Of a DNA stretch of 64,000 nt, positions 38,893 through 53,964 are shown in pieces. The stretch is from the NCBI GenBank assembly GCA_951406725.2, contig OX597820.1:57102001-57166000 (forward strand), written 5' to 3'. The position numbers were made by a program, and so were the translations under genes. The notes beneath the pieces are model-generated. The model had not been told where the DNA came from, did not search any database, and saw only the letters and a list, made by a program, of their open reading frames with translations. The stretch comes from Octopus vulgaris (taxonomy: Eukaryota). Each line of letters starts with the position of its first letter. Position 1 is the stretch's first letter.

Positions 38893-40466
38893 TCATCACC
38901 ATTTCATCACCATCATCATCACCATCATCATTATCATCATCATCACCATCATCATCACCATCATCATCATCATCATCATCATCATCTTGGTTGCTATCAT
39001 TGCCATCATTATCACCAACAACTCGTACTGCAACAAGCTAAAATAAGAACACAGCATTGCAACCATAATCACTACCATTGGCATCAGTACCATGACCACC
39101 AGTGGCAGTAATGGCAGCAGCAGCGGTAGAGCAACAACAACAACAACAGAAGCATCATCAACTACACCACCATAATAAAAAGTATCACAACAACATCAAT
39201 GGCACTGTTATCAACAATACCACCACTACCATCATCACAACCAACTACAACAACGACTCCGCCAATATTACCGCCACCACCACTACTACTACCACCTCCA
39301 ACACCATCAACACAACCATGATAGCGACCACTGCCACAGCCTCTGCCACTGCCGCCACCATCGCCATCAATAACACGAACACTCTGCCATCACAACACAA
39401 TTATCATCACTACCACCAACACCACCACCACCATCTCCACCAATACCACCACCTCCACCACATCCACCTGCACTACCACCACCACCACCAATATCACCAC
39501 CACCACTACCACTACCACCACCAATACCCCAACCACCACCACCAGTACCACCACCAATACCACCTCGTCACCACCACCACCAATACCACCACCACCACCT
39601 CCACCTCCACCTCCAATACCACCACCTCCACCACCACCACCTCCACCAATACCACCACCACCAATACCACCTCCACCAATACCACCACCACCACCAATAC
39701 CACCACCACCACGTCCACCACCACCACTTCCACCAATACCACAACCATCACCACCACCACCACCAATACCACCTCTACCAATACCACCTCCACCAATACC
39801 ACCACAACCAATACCACCACCACCACCAATACCACCTCCACCAATACCACCTCCACCAATACCACAACCATCACCACTACCACCACCACCACCAATACTA
39901 CCTCCACCAATACCACCACCACCACCCATACCAATAACAACAACAATAACAGTGCTCATGTTTTAAACAACACATTCAATAGCTTCACATGTAACAGAAG
40001 AATAAATCAAAATTGTATTTTTTTTACTCTTTTTTCTTCCCCTTCACCTCAAAGACGAGATGGTAGTGATGGTAAGAACGGAGGGGATGGTGGCAGCGGC
40101 GGTGGTAGTGGTGGTGGTGGTGATGATGATGATGATGATGATGTTGACAACGACAGAAATGATTATAGTGATGGTGATGACAAGAGCAATGATGTTTTTC
40201 TTTCGTCTTTGAGAGAGAGTGGTAGAGATGATGATGATGTGATGGTGTGTAGTGATGGTGGTTACAGAGTTGGTGGCGTTGATTGGTGATTGTGATCATG
40301 ATGATGGTGATGATGATGATGATGATGATGATGATATACATAAGTCGATGGTGAAAGTGCTGCTGATGATGATGTTGATGGTGATGATAAATAACAGTGG
40401 TTAAAGAGTTAGCGATAATGATTGCGATAATGATGACAATGGTAATAACAATGTTAATAGAAATGG

Positions 40467-40497
<31 letters not shown>

Positions 40498-40616
40498 GGT
40501 GGCCTCAGTGGTGGTGGCGGTGGTGACGACAACGATGATTATAAATATGGTGAAGATGATGATGTTGATGATGATGATTATAAATATGATGATGATGACA
40601 GTGACGATGATGATGT

Positions 40617-40654
<38 letters not shown>

Positions 40655-41730
40655 ATGATGGTGGCAATGGTGGCGGTGGCGACGATGACAACGAAGACGA
40701 TGATTATAAATACGATGATGATGATGGCGATAAAAATGGCAACGACAATGATGAGGAGGATGATGATGATGATAGGGATAACAAGCAGTTAAAGAAATGT
40801 TGATGTTGATAATGATGATGATCATGATAACAATGATAATGATAGTGATGACGACAGTAAGAGGGGATGGTAGTGGTGGTCGTGGTGGTGAGGTACTTGA
40901 TTTACTCTTTTTTTTACATCTTTCACTATTTATCTATCTATTTATTTATTTATTTATTTAGTTATTTCTACTTTTCGATGTCTTCTCTGTTGTGAAATGA
41001 GTAAAGAAGAGAAAAAAAATATTAAAATAAAATAATAGAAATTTAATAAAATTGTAGAAAAAGATAATTACTTTGTTCCAGTAAAGATATATTTAAAATG
41101 TCAGGCAAGCAGCAATATTTGGTGGTTTTGTAGCATTTTTTGGTGGTAGTGATGGTTGTGGTGGTGGTGGTAGTGAGGGTGGTGTTGGTGGTGGTGGTGG
41201 TGATGGTGGTTCTTACAATTCTTGTTTGTTTTTTGTAGGATTTTTACGTTTTTGAACAGTGATAGATTTCCAAACTAATATCTTAGTAAGCAGTGATTAA
41301 AATATTAAAGTCATTGCCATCTCTACCGCTGCTGCCACAACAACCACCACCAACAACAACAACACCACCACTACCATCACCACAACTACCACCATCACCA
41401 AAATAACCACCAACATCACCGCTGCTGTCACGACCACCACCACGACCACCACCACCATCATCATCACTATTATCCCCACCATCAACATCATCATCGCAAC
41501 CACCTCACCATCATCACAACCACCACCACCACCAAACTACCACCACTGCCACTACCATCACCTCAACCACCACCATCACCAAAATAACCATCAAACCACC
41601 ACCACTATTACTACCACCACCAACACCACCACCACCCTCCTCATCACTATTACCACCACCATTGACATCATCATTGCCACCACCATCACCATCATCACAA
41701 CCACCACCACCAAACTACCACCACCACCAT
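38270..41730. repeat. ~3.5-kb degenerate trinucleotide domain: (CAT/CAC/AAC)n 38270-39950, (GAT/GGT)n 40060-40890 and 41140-41210, (CAC/CAT)n 41310-41730
   Basis: Direct inspection; source of the poly-S/H/T/M/V ORFs in the track. Confidence 0.9.
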
Positions 41731-44543
41731 AGTTATCAGCCATGTCTGCGCTTTTAGCTTCTATTTTTTTTTTCGTATATTTTATTATTATTTCTATCTA
41801 ATATTTTTCCAACTCTGATATGTGCAAGACATGTCTGTTCCGCAGATAAATAATCTTTTATTTCATTTATTTTTTCGTTTTCCTTTCTTTAATTTTCTTT
41901 TGATTGAAAAGGAAGTTTTTTTTTTTTTTTGTAGAGAGTTGAAGTGTATATTAGAAACTCAGAAACCCAAGTAGATTACCGGTATTTGTTTTACTGAATG
42001 TAAGAGAGAAAGTGCGAGATAGTGAGATTAAGGGCATACAATTGAGCTTGGAAAGGTTTAACATTGAGGAATCTTTATCGTTGTCATCATCATCATCATC
42101 ATCATCATTTAACATCCACTTCTCCATACTTGCAATGGGTCAGTCAGAGTTTGTTGGGGGGCCAATTATCTGCCACCTATAATCCCAAGCCAACCAAAGC
42201 CTTGTGAGTGGACATGGTAGATGGAAACTGAAAGAAGCCTGTTGCATACCGTCATTGTTATCATCGCCATCATCATCATTTAATGTCCATTTTCCATGCT
42301 GGCATGGATTCAGTGGTTCCTTTGACACTCGAGCCCTATTCCTAGCCCCTGCTCCCCACCCACACACTCAGCACCACAAATGTAGGCCACTTTCTGCAGC
42401 AAATTCAACTCAACAGTATTTCACAAATAAAACTTAACTCATTAATTTTGTGGATGGATGAAGAGGAGTTACATCCATCGCCCCCTTTTGGCCACCCTAT
42501 TATTGCTCCACTTTTCTTCAACGCCCCACTTGATCCTTCTGCAACCCACAATGGTGGCGGGTGTAGTACCCCTCACATTGGGAACCACTGGGTTAGATGG
42601 TTGTGTGTGAGTGGTAAGCTGGAGAGCTACGCCAGGCACCAGTCGTCTGTTTTGGCATGATTTTTACGACTGGATGCCCTTCCTAATGTCAACCACTTTA
42701 CAGAGTGCTCTGGGTATCTCTTACATGTCACTGGCATGTGTGCCTCTTACGTGCCACCAGCATGGGTGCCATTTTTACATGTCACAAGCACAGTTATAAG
42801 CAAGTGTCATCCTCATACAAGCAATGCCATTTGTGTCCAGTCTCCCATGTAAATCATGTCTGGTCATGGAGAAATATTACCTTGCTTGGAAATGGGTGAT
42901 GGTTGGTGACAGGAAGAGCATCCAGCTATGTCTTTTATCTTTTATTTGTTTCAGTCACTTGACTATGGCCATACTGGGGTACTGCATTGAAGAGTTGTTA
43001 GTTGACTGAAACGATCTCAGTACTTATTTTTTTTTATTTCATAAAGCTTGGACTTATTCTATTAATCTCTTTTGCCAAACCGTTCTGTTACAGGAATGTA
43101 AACGTACCAACACTGGTTGTCAAGCAGTAGTAGGGGACAAACATGGACACACACACACAGAGACAGAAACACACACACACACACACACAGACAGAAACAC
43201 AGACATACACACAGACACACACACCCCAGCACATATACACACAGACACATACACACACACATATACACACACATCATGGTCATTTCCAGTGCTGGTCACA
43301 TGTAAATGGCACCCATGTTGGTGGCACATAAAAGGCACTCGTGCCAGTGACCCATAAGAGAAGCCTAGTACACTCTGTAAAGTGGCTGACATTAGGAAGG
43401 GCATCCAGCCATAAAACCCATACCAAAACAAGCAGCTGGTGTCTGGTGCAGCTCTCCAGCTTACCATACACACACATATGGGCTTCCACACAGTTTCCAT
43501 AGATCAGATTTATTAATGAGTCATTGGTCAATCTGGGACTATCGTAGAAGACTCTTGCCTAAGGTGCTCCGAAGTGGGATTGAACCTGAATCAATATAGC
43601 TGAAAAGCAGGCTTCCTATCCAGCCATGTTTGCTGAAATAAAAAAAAAAAGAAAACAAGAAAATTTTTTTAGAAAAATTGGAAAGAATTTATTCTTTTTC
43701 TTGTCTTTACTCCATCCCAATTGGCAAGTACACTCTGGTATAATGTAGCGCCCACATTTTTTTTGGTTACAGAAGTGCAGACGTTTAGCTTGCATTGGGC
43801 GTCAGCCAAAATTTTCCCTCTAATTGTCTATGTGTACAGAAATGTTAACAATTATTAAATTTTCTTAGAGACAAAAAAAAAAAGTAAAAATATTTAGACA
43901 ATCAATACTTTAATGCATATAAATCTAAGAATATGAAGATTATTTTGGTATGTGTCTCATGAGGTCATAAATTTGCATACTATTTTTAAGTTTGGAAATG
44001 CAGTGTGATTAAAAGAGATCTAAATTTGGCTATTTAACATGTTGAGTTGTTTAAATAAACACTTAGCTATTTTAAACAAAGCTATCTCTGCAAGCACTTT
44101 AATTTTTAAGTGTGGTTACAATGGACGTAAATGTGTGGCCATATGCACAATTTGTAAAGACTTCTTTCTACTAAGGTTAGTAATGCTAGTAAATGATGCA
44201 GTCTTAAGCAGTTTTTTTTCTGGCTGGTCATGGGTGGAATGACTTTGATCTTACATCTGCTTGGTCAGTGACACTTGTACTACATAACTCCAGGGCCAGC
44301 TTTGGTTGTTTGATGAAGTAACAGAAATTCTGACCACATTCTTTAATCTTTTATCTTTTACTTGTTTCAGTCATTAGACTGTGGCCATGCTGGGGCACCA
44401 CCTCGAATTTTTAGTCAAATGAATTGACCTCCAGTGCTTTTTTGTTTTTCTCTTAAGCCTTGTCCTTATTCTATTGGTCTCTTTTGCTGAACTGCTAGGT
44501 AGCAGGGACATAAACAGACCAACACTGGTTGTAAAGTGGTGTT

Positions 44544-44641
<98 letters not shown>

Positions 44642-45599
44642 TATATATATATATGATGGACTTCTCTCAGTTTCTGTCTACCTGATCCACTCACAAGGCT
44701 TTGGTTGGTCTGAGATGATGGTAGAAGACAACTTGCCCAAGGTGCCATGCAGTGGGATTGAACCTGGAACCACGTGGTTGGGAAGCAAACATTGAATGGT
44801 TACGGGGGTCCACCAGAATAAAATAGTAATCAAAGAATCACATAAATAAAAAATGATTGAGGACCACTGATCTAACTGGTCCTTATTTTATTGACCCCGA
44901 AAGGATGAAAGACAAAGGTGATTTCAGTGGCACTTGAACTCAAAATGTAAGGAAGGAAAAAATGGCACTTAGCACATTTTATGGTGCGGTAATGATTCTG
45001 CCAGCATGCCAACTTGTTTTAGATGTGTCACATAAAAAGAACCTGTGCCAGTCCTGCATAAAAGCACCCAGTACACTCTGTACAGTGGTTGGTATTAGGA
45101 AGGGCGTCAACACCATCATCTCCACAACCATCAGTACTATAACCACCACAACTGCCATTGTCACCAGCACTAGAACCACTACCGCCACCACTACTACTAC
45201 CACTACCACCACCACCACCATCACCACCACCGCCGCTGCCGCTGCCTCCACCACTATTAGCTTCAACAACATCATCACCACCAGCAACAACAGCACCATC
45301 ACCTCCATTGTTATCACCACCACCAATACCACTACAACCACCATTACCAAAACTCCACCAGCACCATCACCACCACCACCACAACCACCACCAAACCCCG
45401 CCACCACCACCTCCATCAATGTGTGGACAGCTGCTGAGTGGTTGGTATTTGCCTTGGGTTTCATTGATCATGGATGCTTACTATCCACTGATGATCATGA
45501 ATGGTGATTATGATGCTGACAATGCAAATGATATCGTTTGGTTTAACCTTGATTCTCTTGAGAAACTTCATTATGGCAACAGTAATAAAGCAAACACCA

Positions 45600-47140
45600 T
45601 GCAGTTAAATACACACACACATACACACACACACACACACACACAAAGTTCATACAAACATGATATGCACACACAGATATGCACACACAGGTATACAGAC
45701 CCCCAACAAACTCATACATAAACACATGCAAACAGGTACACATACATCAACACACACACACATGCACACTCACACACACATACAAATACACATATGTATA
45801 CAAACCCCAACAGATACAGACACATACACAAATGTGCAAATACACATACATATACAGACCTTCAGACACGTACATAAAGATATACACACATATACATACA
45901 CACACTTACACGTACACATGCAAATACACATACGTACACAGATCTTCACATACACACACATACACAAATCCGCACACACACACATGTATAGAAACCCCAA
46001 CAAACTCATACACATACACACACGTGCAAATACACATACGTACACAGATCCTCACATACACATGCACACACATGCAAATACAAATGCGTACACAGATCCT
46101 CACATACACACATACATACATACACAATCACGCACATACACACACACACACACACACACGTACATATACACACATGCAGTAAATATTGATATATGCTTTA
46201 TGAAACCCCTGTTACTGTGATAATATTTGAAAAGACCTGAGAAAGCAATGAGATAATGGTACACAAGGCAGGTTGTGTTGGATTAGTGTAGTGGGTTTCA
46301 TGGGGGTGGGTTTGTGGGAAGAAAATAATAAATAAAGGTCAGCTAAGGGCCCAGCTTTGTTTATATCTAAATGTTTGTATATAGTAATTAAACTTCCTCT
46401 TCTTTATCGCATGAAGTATGTACTCTTATCATTGTATACCACATCATGTCAAACCCATATTGCAATAGGCAATGGCTTAACACATCTCCCTGTAGCACAC
46501 CATAGGAATATCACATTGTATTATATTGCACAAGAGCATAATACTGCACTGCATTGCACTGTGGTGTGCTGCAGCACATATATGACACCACATTGCACTA
46601 CAGAACACAGCACTGCACCACACTGCATGGAACTGCACTGTGCCACATGCACATGCGTACATGCTCACATGCATGCACACACATCATATTGCCCAACATC
46701 ACATACACATACACACACATACACAGACACACACATACACATACACACACATACACAGACACACACACACACATACACACACACACCACGCATACATCCA
46801 CACACACACACACCAGACACACACACTAGACATACACATACCACGCATACACACCATGCACACACACACACACATCAAATACACACCACACATACACACA
46901 TACACACATACACACCACACAACCTCACACACACACCACACAACTACACACGCATGCTCAAACACTCATATACACCATACACACACACACACACCACACA
47001 TACCACACATATACACACATACACATACCACACACATACCACACACACACCACACACACACACACAACCACACACACACACACAACAAACACACACACCG
47101 CATACACTGCACAACAACACATCACACCACCCCACACCAT
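45600..47140. repeat. Degenerate (CA)-rich tracts (45600-46180, 46640-47140)
   Basis: Direct inspection. Confidence 0.9.
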
Positions 47141-49297
47141 GCCGTACTAACTTTGCAAAAGATGCAATGACCCATTGATCAGTGTGAGTCTTAGATATAT
47201 ATAAAAACACAGAAAGGTTATGATTGAAATACCTTTGATCATATGTTTGCTCAACCAGGACTAACCCGGGGCTAAACAACAATCTCACATCATCACAACT
47301 CTTGAAGATACCAGACCAAATGATGCACCTTCACTCCTCACGGTACAAATACAGGACCAAACTACACCATTTTTCTTTTCTTTTCTTTTTTTCTTTCATT
47401 CGTTTCAGTCATTTTGACTGCGGCCATGCTGGAGCACCGCATTTAGTCGAAGAAATCGACCCCAAGATTTATTTTTTGTAAGCCTAGTACTTATTCTATC
47501 AGTCTCTTATGCCGAACTGCTAAGTTACGGGGATGTAAACACACCAGCATCGATGTCAAGCGATGTTGGGACACACACACATGCAAACATAGACACACGC
47601 AAACATAGACACACACACACACAAACACACACACATATATATATATATATATACGACGGCTTCTTTCAGTTTCCGTCAACCAAATCCACTCACAAAGCTA
47701 TGGTCAGCCCGAGGCTACAGTAGAAGACACTTGCCCAAGGTGCCATGCAGTGGGACTGAACCTGGAACCATGTGGTTGGTTAGCAACCTACATACCACAC
47801 AGCTACTCCATTGTGTATCATACTATAGTCGTGGCTTAGTGGTTAGGTTATTTAACTCACGATTGTAAGGTTGTGAGTTCAAATCCTTACAGTAGTGGTT
47901 CCCAAATGGTGCAGTGCGCCGAATAGGTGTGGCAGAAGAGAATAAAAGGTGAGGCAGAATGATTGAGAGACAATGAAAGATTTAGAAAGAATTTCAAAAA
48001 ATTCATAGGTGCAGGAGTGGCTGTCTGATAAGTAGCTTGTTTACCAACCACATGGTTCCGGGTTCAGACCCACTGCATGGCACCTTAGGCAAGCGTCTTC
48101 TATTATAGACTCGGGCAGACCAAAGCCCTGTGAGTGGATTTGGTAGATGGGTGATGCATTGTGTTCTTGAACAAAACACTTCACTTCATATTGCTCCAGC
48201 TAGCAAAAATGAGTTATCCTGTGATGGGCTGGCATCCCGTCCAGGTGAAGAATATATACACCATAAAACTAGAAAACCAGCCCTCATGAGACAGCATGGC
48301 TTAAGAAGGTAACTTTACTAACTTGTGGAGGTGCATGGCTTAGTGTCTAGGGTGTTGGAGTCATGACTGTAAGATTGTGCTTTTGATTCCTAGACCAGCT
48401 GACATGTATTTTTGAGCAAAACACTTCATTTCATGCTTCTCCAGTCCACTCACCTAGCAAAAGTGAGTTATCCTGCAATGGACTGGCATCCTATCCAGGT
48501 GGAGAAATTATACGCCGTGAAAATTGGGAAACTTGCCCTTATGAGTCAGTATGACTCGAGAAGGTAACTTTACATTTTTTTACTTTATCTTCAGTGATAT
48601 GGATCTCAGGGTCGTAGAGGTAGACAAGCCAAGTCACTGCATCAAAGACTGGAGGATGTGGTGATTATTATATTGCACTGAATCATATTCCATGATATCA
48701 AATCAATACTGTGATATACATTTTATTCCATAACTGGCACTCCATCGGTTATGACAATGGAGGTTCCAGCTGATCCGATCAACAGGGCAACCAGCTCATG
48801 AAATTAATGTTCAAGTGGTTGAGGACTCCATGAACATGTGTGCCTTTAACATAGTTTTCAGGGATATTCAGCATAATACAGAGTGTGACAAGGCTGGCCC
48901 TTTGAAATACAGGTACTATGCAGTTTTGCCAGCTGAGTGGACAGGAGCAATGGGAAATAGAGTGTCTTGCTCAAGAACACAATGCGTTGCTGGGAATTGA
49001 ACTGATGACCTTACAATTGAATGCTAAGGACCCTAACCACTAAACCACATGCTTCCACATTTTATTCTATAAAAGTGACGGATTAGCAGAACCTTTTGAG
49101 TATTGGGATAAATGCGTTGTGGTATTTGTGTGGGCTCTTTACATTTTGATTTCAAATCCTGGCAGGATCAGCTTTGCTCTTCATCCCTCCAGAGGTCATT
49201 GAATTAATTACCAGGGAAGTATTATGGTTATTGTAAGTGACTAAGCCTACTTCTCACACAACAGCCGACCTTATGACTACATTAGAAATTATATTAT

Positions 49298-49680
49298 ATA
49301 TTAGTAGTTATCGCCAAGCTAACATGGCAGTCCAGAAAAATAGGATGAATGCTGCTGTTGATTAGCTCCAAGAGGCCATCGCCTCTAGCTAGCTATGTGA
49401 CACACAAACCTGTGTCCATTATAACCTTTGATCAGGGGAGGTCAACAGCTTCCCCTTGGTGGTTTGGCATCCACAGACTAGTTTCAAGGTAGTTGCCTCT
49501 TATCAATGTGGGGTAGCAGCAAGGCAAAGCTGCTGACCTCCCCTGTTCGAAGGTTAAAATGGACACAGGTTTGTGTGTCACATAGCTAGCTAGAGGCAAT
49601 AGCCTCTTGGAGCTAAGCAATGGCATCATTCATCCTATTTTTCTGGACTGCCATGTTAGCTTGGCGATAACTATTAATAT
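49298..49680. mobile_element. Foldback MITE-like element, ~160-bp inverted arms with ~60-bp spacer
   Basis: ATATTAGTAGTTATCGCCAAGCTAACATGGCAGTCCAGAAAAATAGGATGAATG... vs ...CATTCATCCTATTTTTCTGGACTGCCATGTTAGCTTGGCGATAACTATTAATAT. Confidence 0.9.
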
Positions 49681-51560
49681 CCAGTACCGCTGCCGTAGTC
49701 TCCTTTAGAGAGAATTAGAAATAATGATATTTCTAATTATATTATATCTTATCATATTATGTAAGATCAAACCATGTTACATATTACATTATACTATATT
49801 ACATAATATCAATTGTTGTCATGATTTTACCTTATACTGTATCATGCCATATACAATATCCAACTATGCTGTTTATCACTGATACTGCAGGAAAACTTAC
49901 AGGTGCTGTATGCAGCATGTTATATCTTCCATGAATTGTAGTTAATATACCGTATTGAATTTACACAAATAAGATGGGAATCTTGTTCGTAGAATCATTA
50001 GACCAATGCATGAATTTTGCAGTATTTATTTTGGGCTTTTGCTTTCTGAGTTCAAATTTCAGAAAGGTCAATTTTGCCTTTCAATTTTCCAGGGATGACA
50101 AAATGATGTACGAGTCAGATATTGGGGTCAGTTTTGTAATTCACACATCCATGCCATGACCGATGCCAGAGCCCCCTGACTGGCTCCCGTACTAGTGGCA
50201 CTTAAAAAGCACCATATAAATGTGATCGATGTCAGGTCCACCTGACTGGCTCCTGTGCTGGTGGCACGTAAAAAGCACCTACTACACTCTTAGAATGGCT
50301 GGCGTTAGGGAGGGCATTCAGTTGTAGAAACATTGCCAGATCAGACTGGAGCCTGGTGCAGCTGCTGGCTTTCCAAACCTCAGTCAAACCGTCCAACCCA
50401 TGCCAGAATGGAAAACCAATGTTAAACGATGATGATGATGATGATGATGATTCCTGCACCAAATAGAAAGGAGAATAAAATATCTTTTTATTTTAAAGGT
50501 CAAAATCGAACGTGACTTTACTTACTCCCAAAACACTTTGACTTTGTCAACAATTTAAATTAGCTTACTTGCTATATATAAGGTGTGGCCATCACTAACA
50601 TTTTTTTTTTTTGATTTTTGGTCAGGAGGGTCATCAGTGTTCATGATGACCCCTTACAGCTCCTCCAAGACTTGTAAGAGGGAGGGAGGGAAGGAAGGAA
50701 GGAATGAGAAAATTATCCTCAAACCAGATTTAACCTGAATGCTTGCAATAGAACAGGGTCTGCTAAAGGCACTTGAGGTGCTGGGTAGTTATTTAAACCA
50801 AGTGATAGATTAATAGTCTGTTACCTAATAACATAGTATTAGCTTGTAATGAAGGCACATGCTTTTGTGGTTAGGTTATTTATCTCACAAACCTAAGGTT
50901 GTGAGTTCAATTTCCTACAATGTGCTGTGTCCTTGAGCAAGACACTTTATTTCATGTTACTCCAGTCCACTTATTTGGCAAAAATGAGTTATACTCACCA
51001 GCTTTACCCCATTCTGTGTCAAGCAGAATTTCCCTGAAAACAACATCAAGGGTATGTGTGTCTGTAGAGTGCTCAGCCGCTTGCATATCAATTTCATGAA
51101 AAGGCTGTACAGTTGCTCACATTAACTTGAGCCCTTGCCATCATAACCAATGGAGTACCAAGTATAAGCTTGTATCATATTTTTGATTAGGGATTTACAT
51201 ACCCATGTAGTTGTGAGCAGAGACAGGGCCCCCTATCAGTCCTACTATGCCATAATTTGGTTATCTGTTTCTTTATTAGCCACAAGAGGCTAAACATAGA
51301 GGGGGCAAACAAGGACAGACAAACGGATTAAGTCAATCACGTCAACCCCAGTGTGTAACCGGTACTTAATTTATTGACCCCGAAAGGATGAAAGGCAAAG
51401 TCGACCTCGGCGGAATTTGAACTCAGAACGTAACGGCAGACGAAATACGGCTACGCATTTTGCCCAGTGTGCTAACAGTTCTGCCAGCTCACTGCCTTTG
51501 GTTATCAGTATACAAGATGCCTTAGATAATGGTTTTAGATATGTATGTAGTCATGAGCAG

Positions 51561-51609
<49 letters not shown>

Positions 51610-51977
51610 CAAACAAACAAGGCTGCATCAGGATTAGGCTGGAATTTATATTTACTGACCCTGAAAGGATGGAATGCCAAGCTGGCCTCAGCAGGGTTTG
51701 AACTTGGAATGCCCAAATATTACACCTTATTCTATGTGATGCTTGAATGACTTTGCTGCTTCACTGCTTTTCTCGCTGTGTCCTAATACATTTTAACAAA
51801 TATAAACTGTATTATACGCAAAAGAGTGAGAAAAATGAATAAATATTTCTATTGCTTGTTTTCATCTTCGAAAATATTTGCAGACAATGAAATAGCTTTA
51901 TTTACAGAGTTCCTTCTGTCTGTGCCTTCCAATATGCAGATGCACATTACACACAAATTATGTATGCACATACATAA

Positions 51978-52010
<33 letters not shown>

Positions 52011-52189
52011 CACACGCACACACACACACACACACACAGAGTCATATGTGTACATGCACATGCATAAACAAAAATGCTATGCAAATAAATAAGCACTCAA
52101 TTTCATGTTTGGTTACACACAGACATAGATTTACACGCATATATACACATAGAAACACTATACATCTGCACACATTATTGTATGCTTGC

Positions 52190-52242
52190 ATTCATGTATA
52201 TCTATATATCTATCTATCTATATATATCTATCTATCTATCTA

Positions 52243-52292
<50 letters not shown>

Positions 52293-52326
52293 CTATCTAT
52301 CTATCTATCTATCTATTTGTATATCC

Positions 52327-52412
<86 letters not shown>

Positions 52413-52478
52413 CTATACATACATACATACATACATAAACATAAATATGTATGTATGTGTATATACATACATACACAC

Positions 52479-52513
<35 letters not shown>

Positions 52514-52720
52514 TATTTATATATATATATATATTGTATGTGTATATGCATGTTTGTATATGTATGTATGTATGTATATATGTATGTAGATACATATGTA
52601 TATATATTTAATAATATACACTTCTATATATTCAATAACATACATAAGAATTCACAAGTAATAACATGCATATTTAATAACATACACTCATATATATATA
52701 CATATATGTAAACATGTATT
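52190..52720. repeat. (TCTA)n/(TA)n/(TATG)n microsatellite
   Basis: Direct inspection. Confidence 0.95.
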
Positions 52721-53825
52721 TATTTACATGATATACAAGCACATATATACATTGATACATAAATAGTTATTTAATATCACACACCTGTATACACAGGCGT
52801 AATTCAATTCATTTAATTCGCAACAGTTTATTGTCATGTTATATACAAATACAAAGAAAAACAGCTTAAAATTCCAAACTTCAGGAACAAATACAATAAC
52901 AGCTAAACCACAACTGATAAACACAAATGATATCAATTACTTGCACAAATGATAAACATTAGCTGATGAAAACAGTTAACAGGTACAATTGTGAAGAACG
53001 ACAATGCAATTTTTATAGATAAATATAAACATGTTGTGTAAATGTGTTTTTGTATTTGTATCTAGATGGGGGTTCTTGTTTGAATATGACTGTGTGGTTA
53101 AGAAGTTTGCGTCCCGACCATGTGGATTCAAGTTTAGTCTTGATGGGTGGTGCCTTGGGCAAAGTGTTTTCTAACTTTACTCCTGACTGACTAAAGCCTT
53201 CTGACTGAGAATTTGAGGAAGACAAACTGAAGAGATTTACCATATATGCTTGCTCATGTATATGTGTCCGTGCAAACACATATACATGAGTGAGTAGACG
53301 AGTGAAAGAAAGTGGTGGCACTCATCACAATTGAGAGAAGTTATACATACACACAAACACACAAAGATTTATATATATATATATTTGATTTTTGATTTTG
53401 ATTTTTCCAGTTTCAGCTCATGAGCTGTGGCCATGATATTATTTTTTATATACAGGCACAGGAGTGGCTGTGTGGTAAGTAGCTTGCTTACCAACCACAT
53501 GGCTCCAGGTTCAGAACCTCTGCGTGGCAACTTGGGCAAGTGTCTTCTACTGTAGCCTCAGGCCAACTAAAGCCTTGTGAGTGTATATATATATATATAT
53601 AGGTACATACATGGATGTGTGGTAAGAAGTTTGCTTCTCAACCACATGATACTGGGTTCAGTCCCACTGCATGGCATCTTGCATAAAAGTCTTCTACTAT
53701 AGTCTCAGGTTGACCAAAGCCTTATGAGTGTATTTGGTAGATAAAAACTGAAAAAAGCCCATCACACACACATATATATATGTGTGTGTGTCTTTGCCTC
53801 TTTGTTTGTCCTCCACCACTGCTTG

Positions 53826-53964
53826 ACTAGTGTAGCTAGGGAGGTTTTGGTAGGGGCAGTCCACCCTGGCCAGGTCTGCTGTAGGCAATATGTGTTTTTT
53901 GTGGGATCTGGGAGTAGCAAACAGAAGAGCCACCCTGGGTGGCATGCACTCTAGCTACACTAGT
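53826..53964. mobile_element. Small MITE-like element with 14-bp perfect TIR
   Basis: ACTAGTGTAGCTAG (53826-53839) / CTAGCTACACTAGT (53951-53964); truncates a family B SINE tail; no clear TSD. Confidence 0.55.

Noticed and set aside
38356-40289. 251-aa and 395-aa ORFs as real CDS
   Set aside because: Several overlapping frames on both strands are open because of trinucleotide repeats; there is no recognisable domain or splice evidence.
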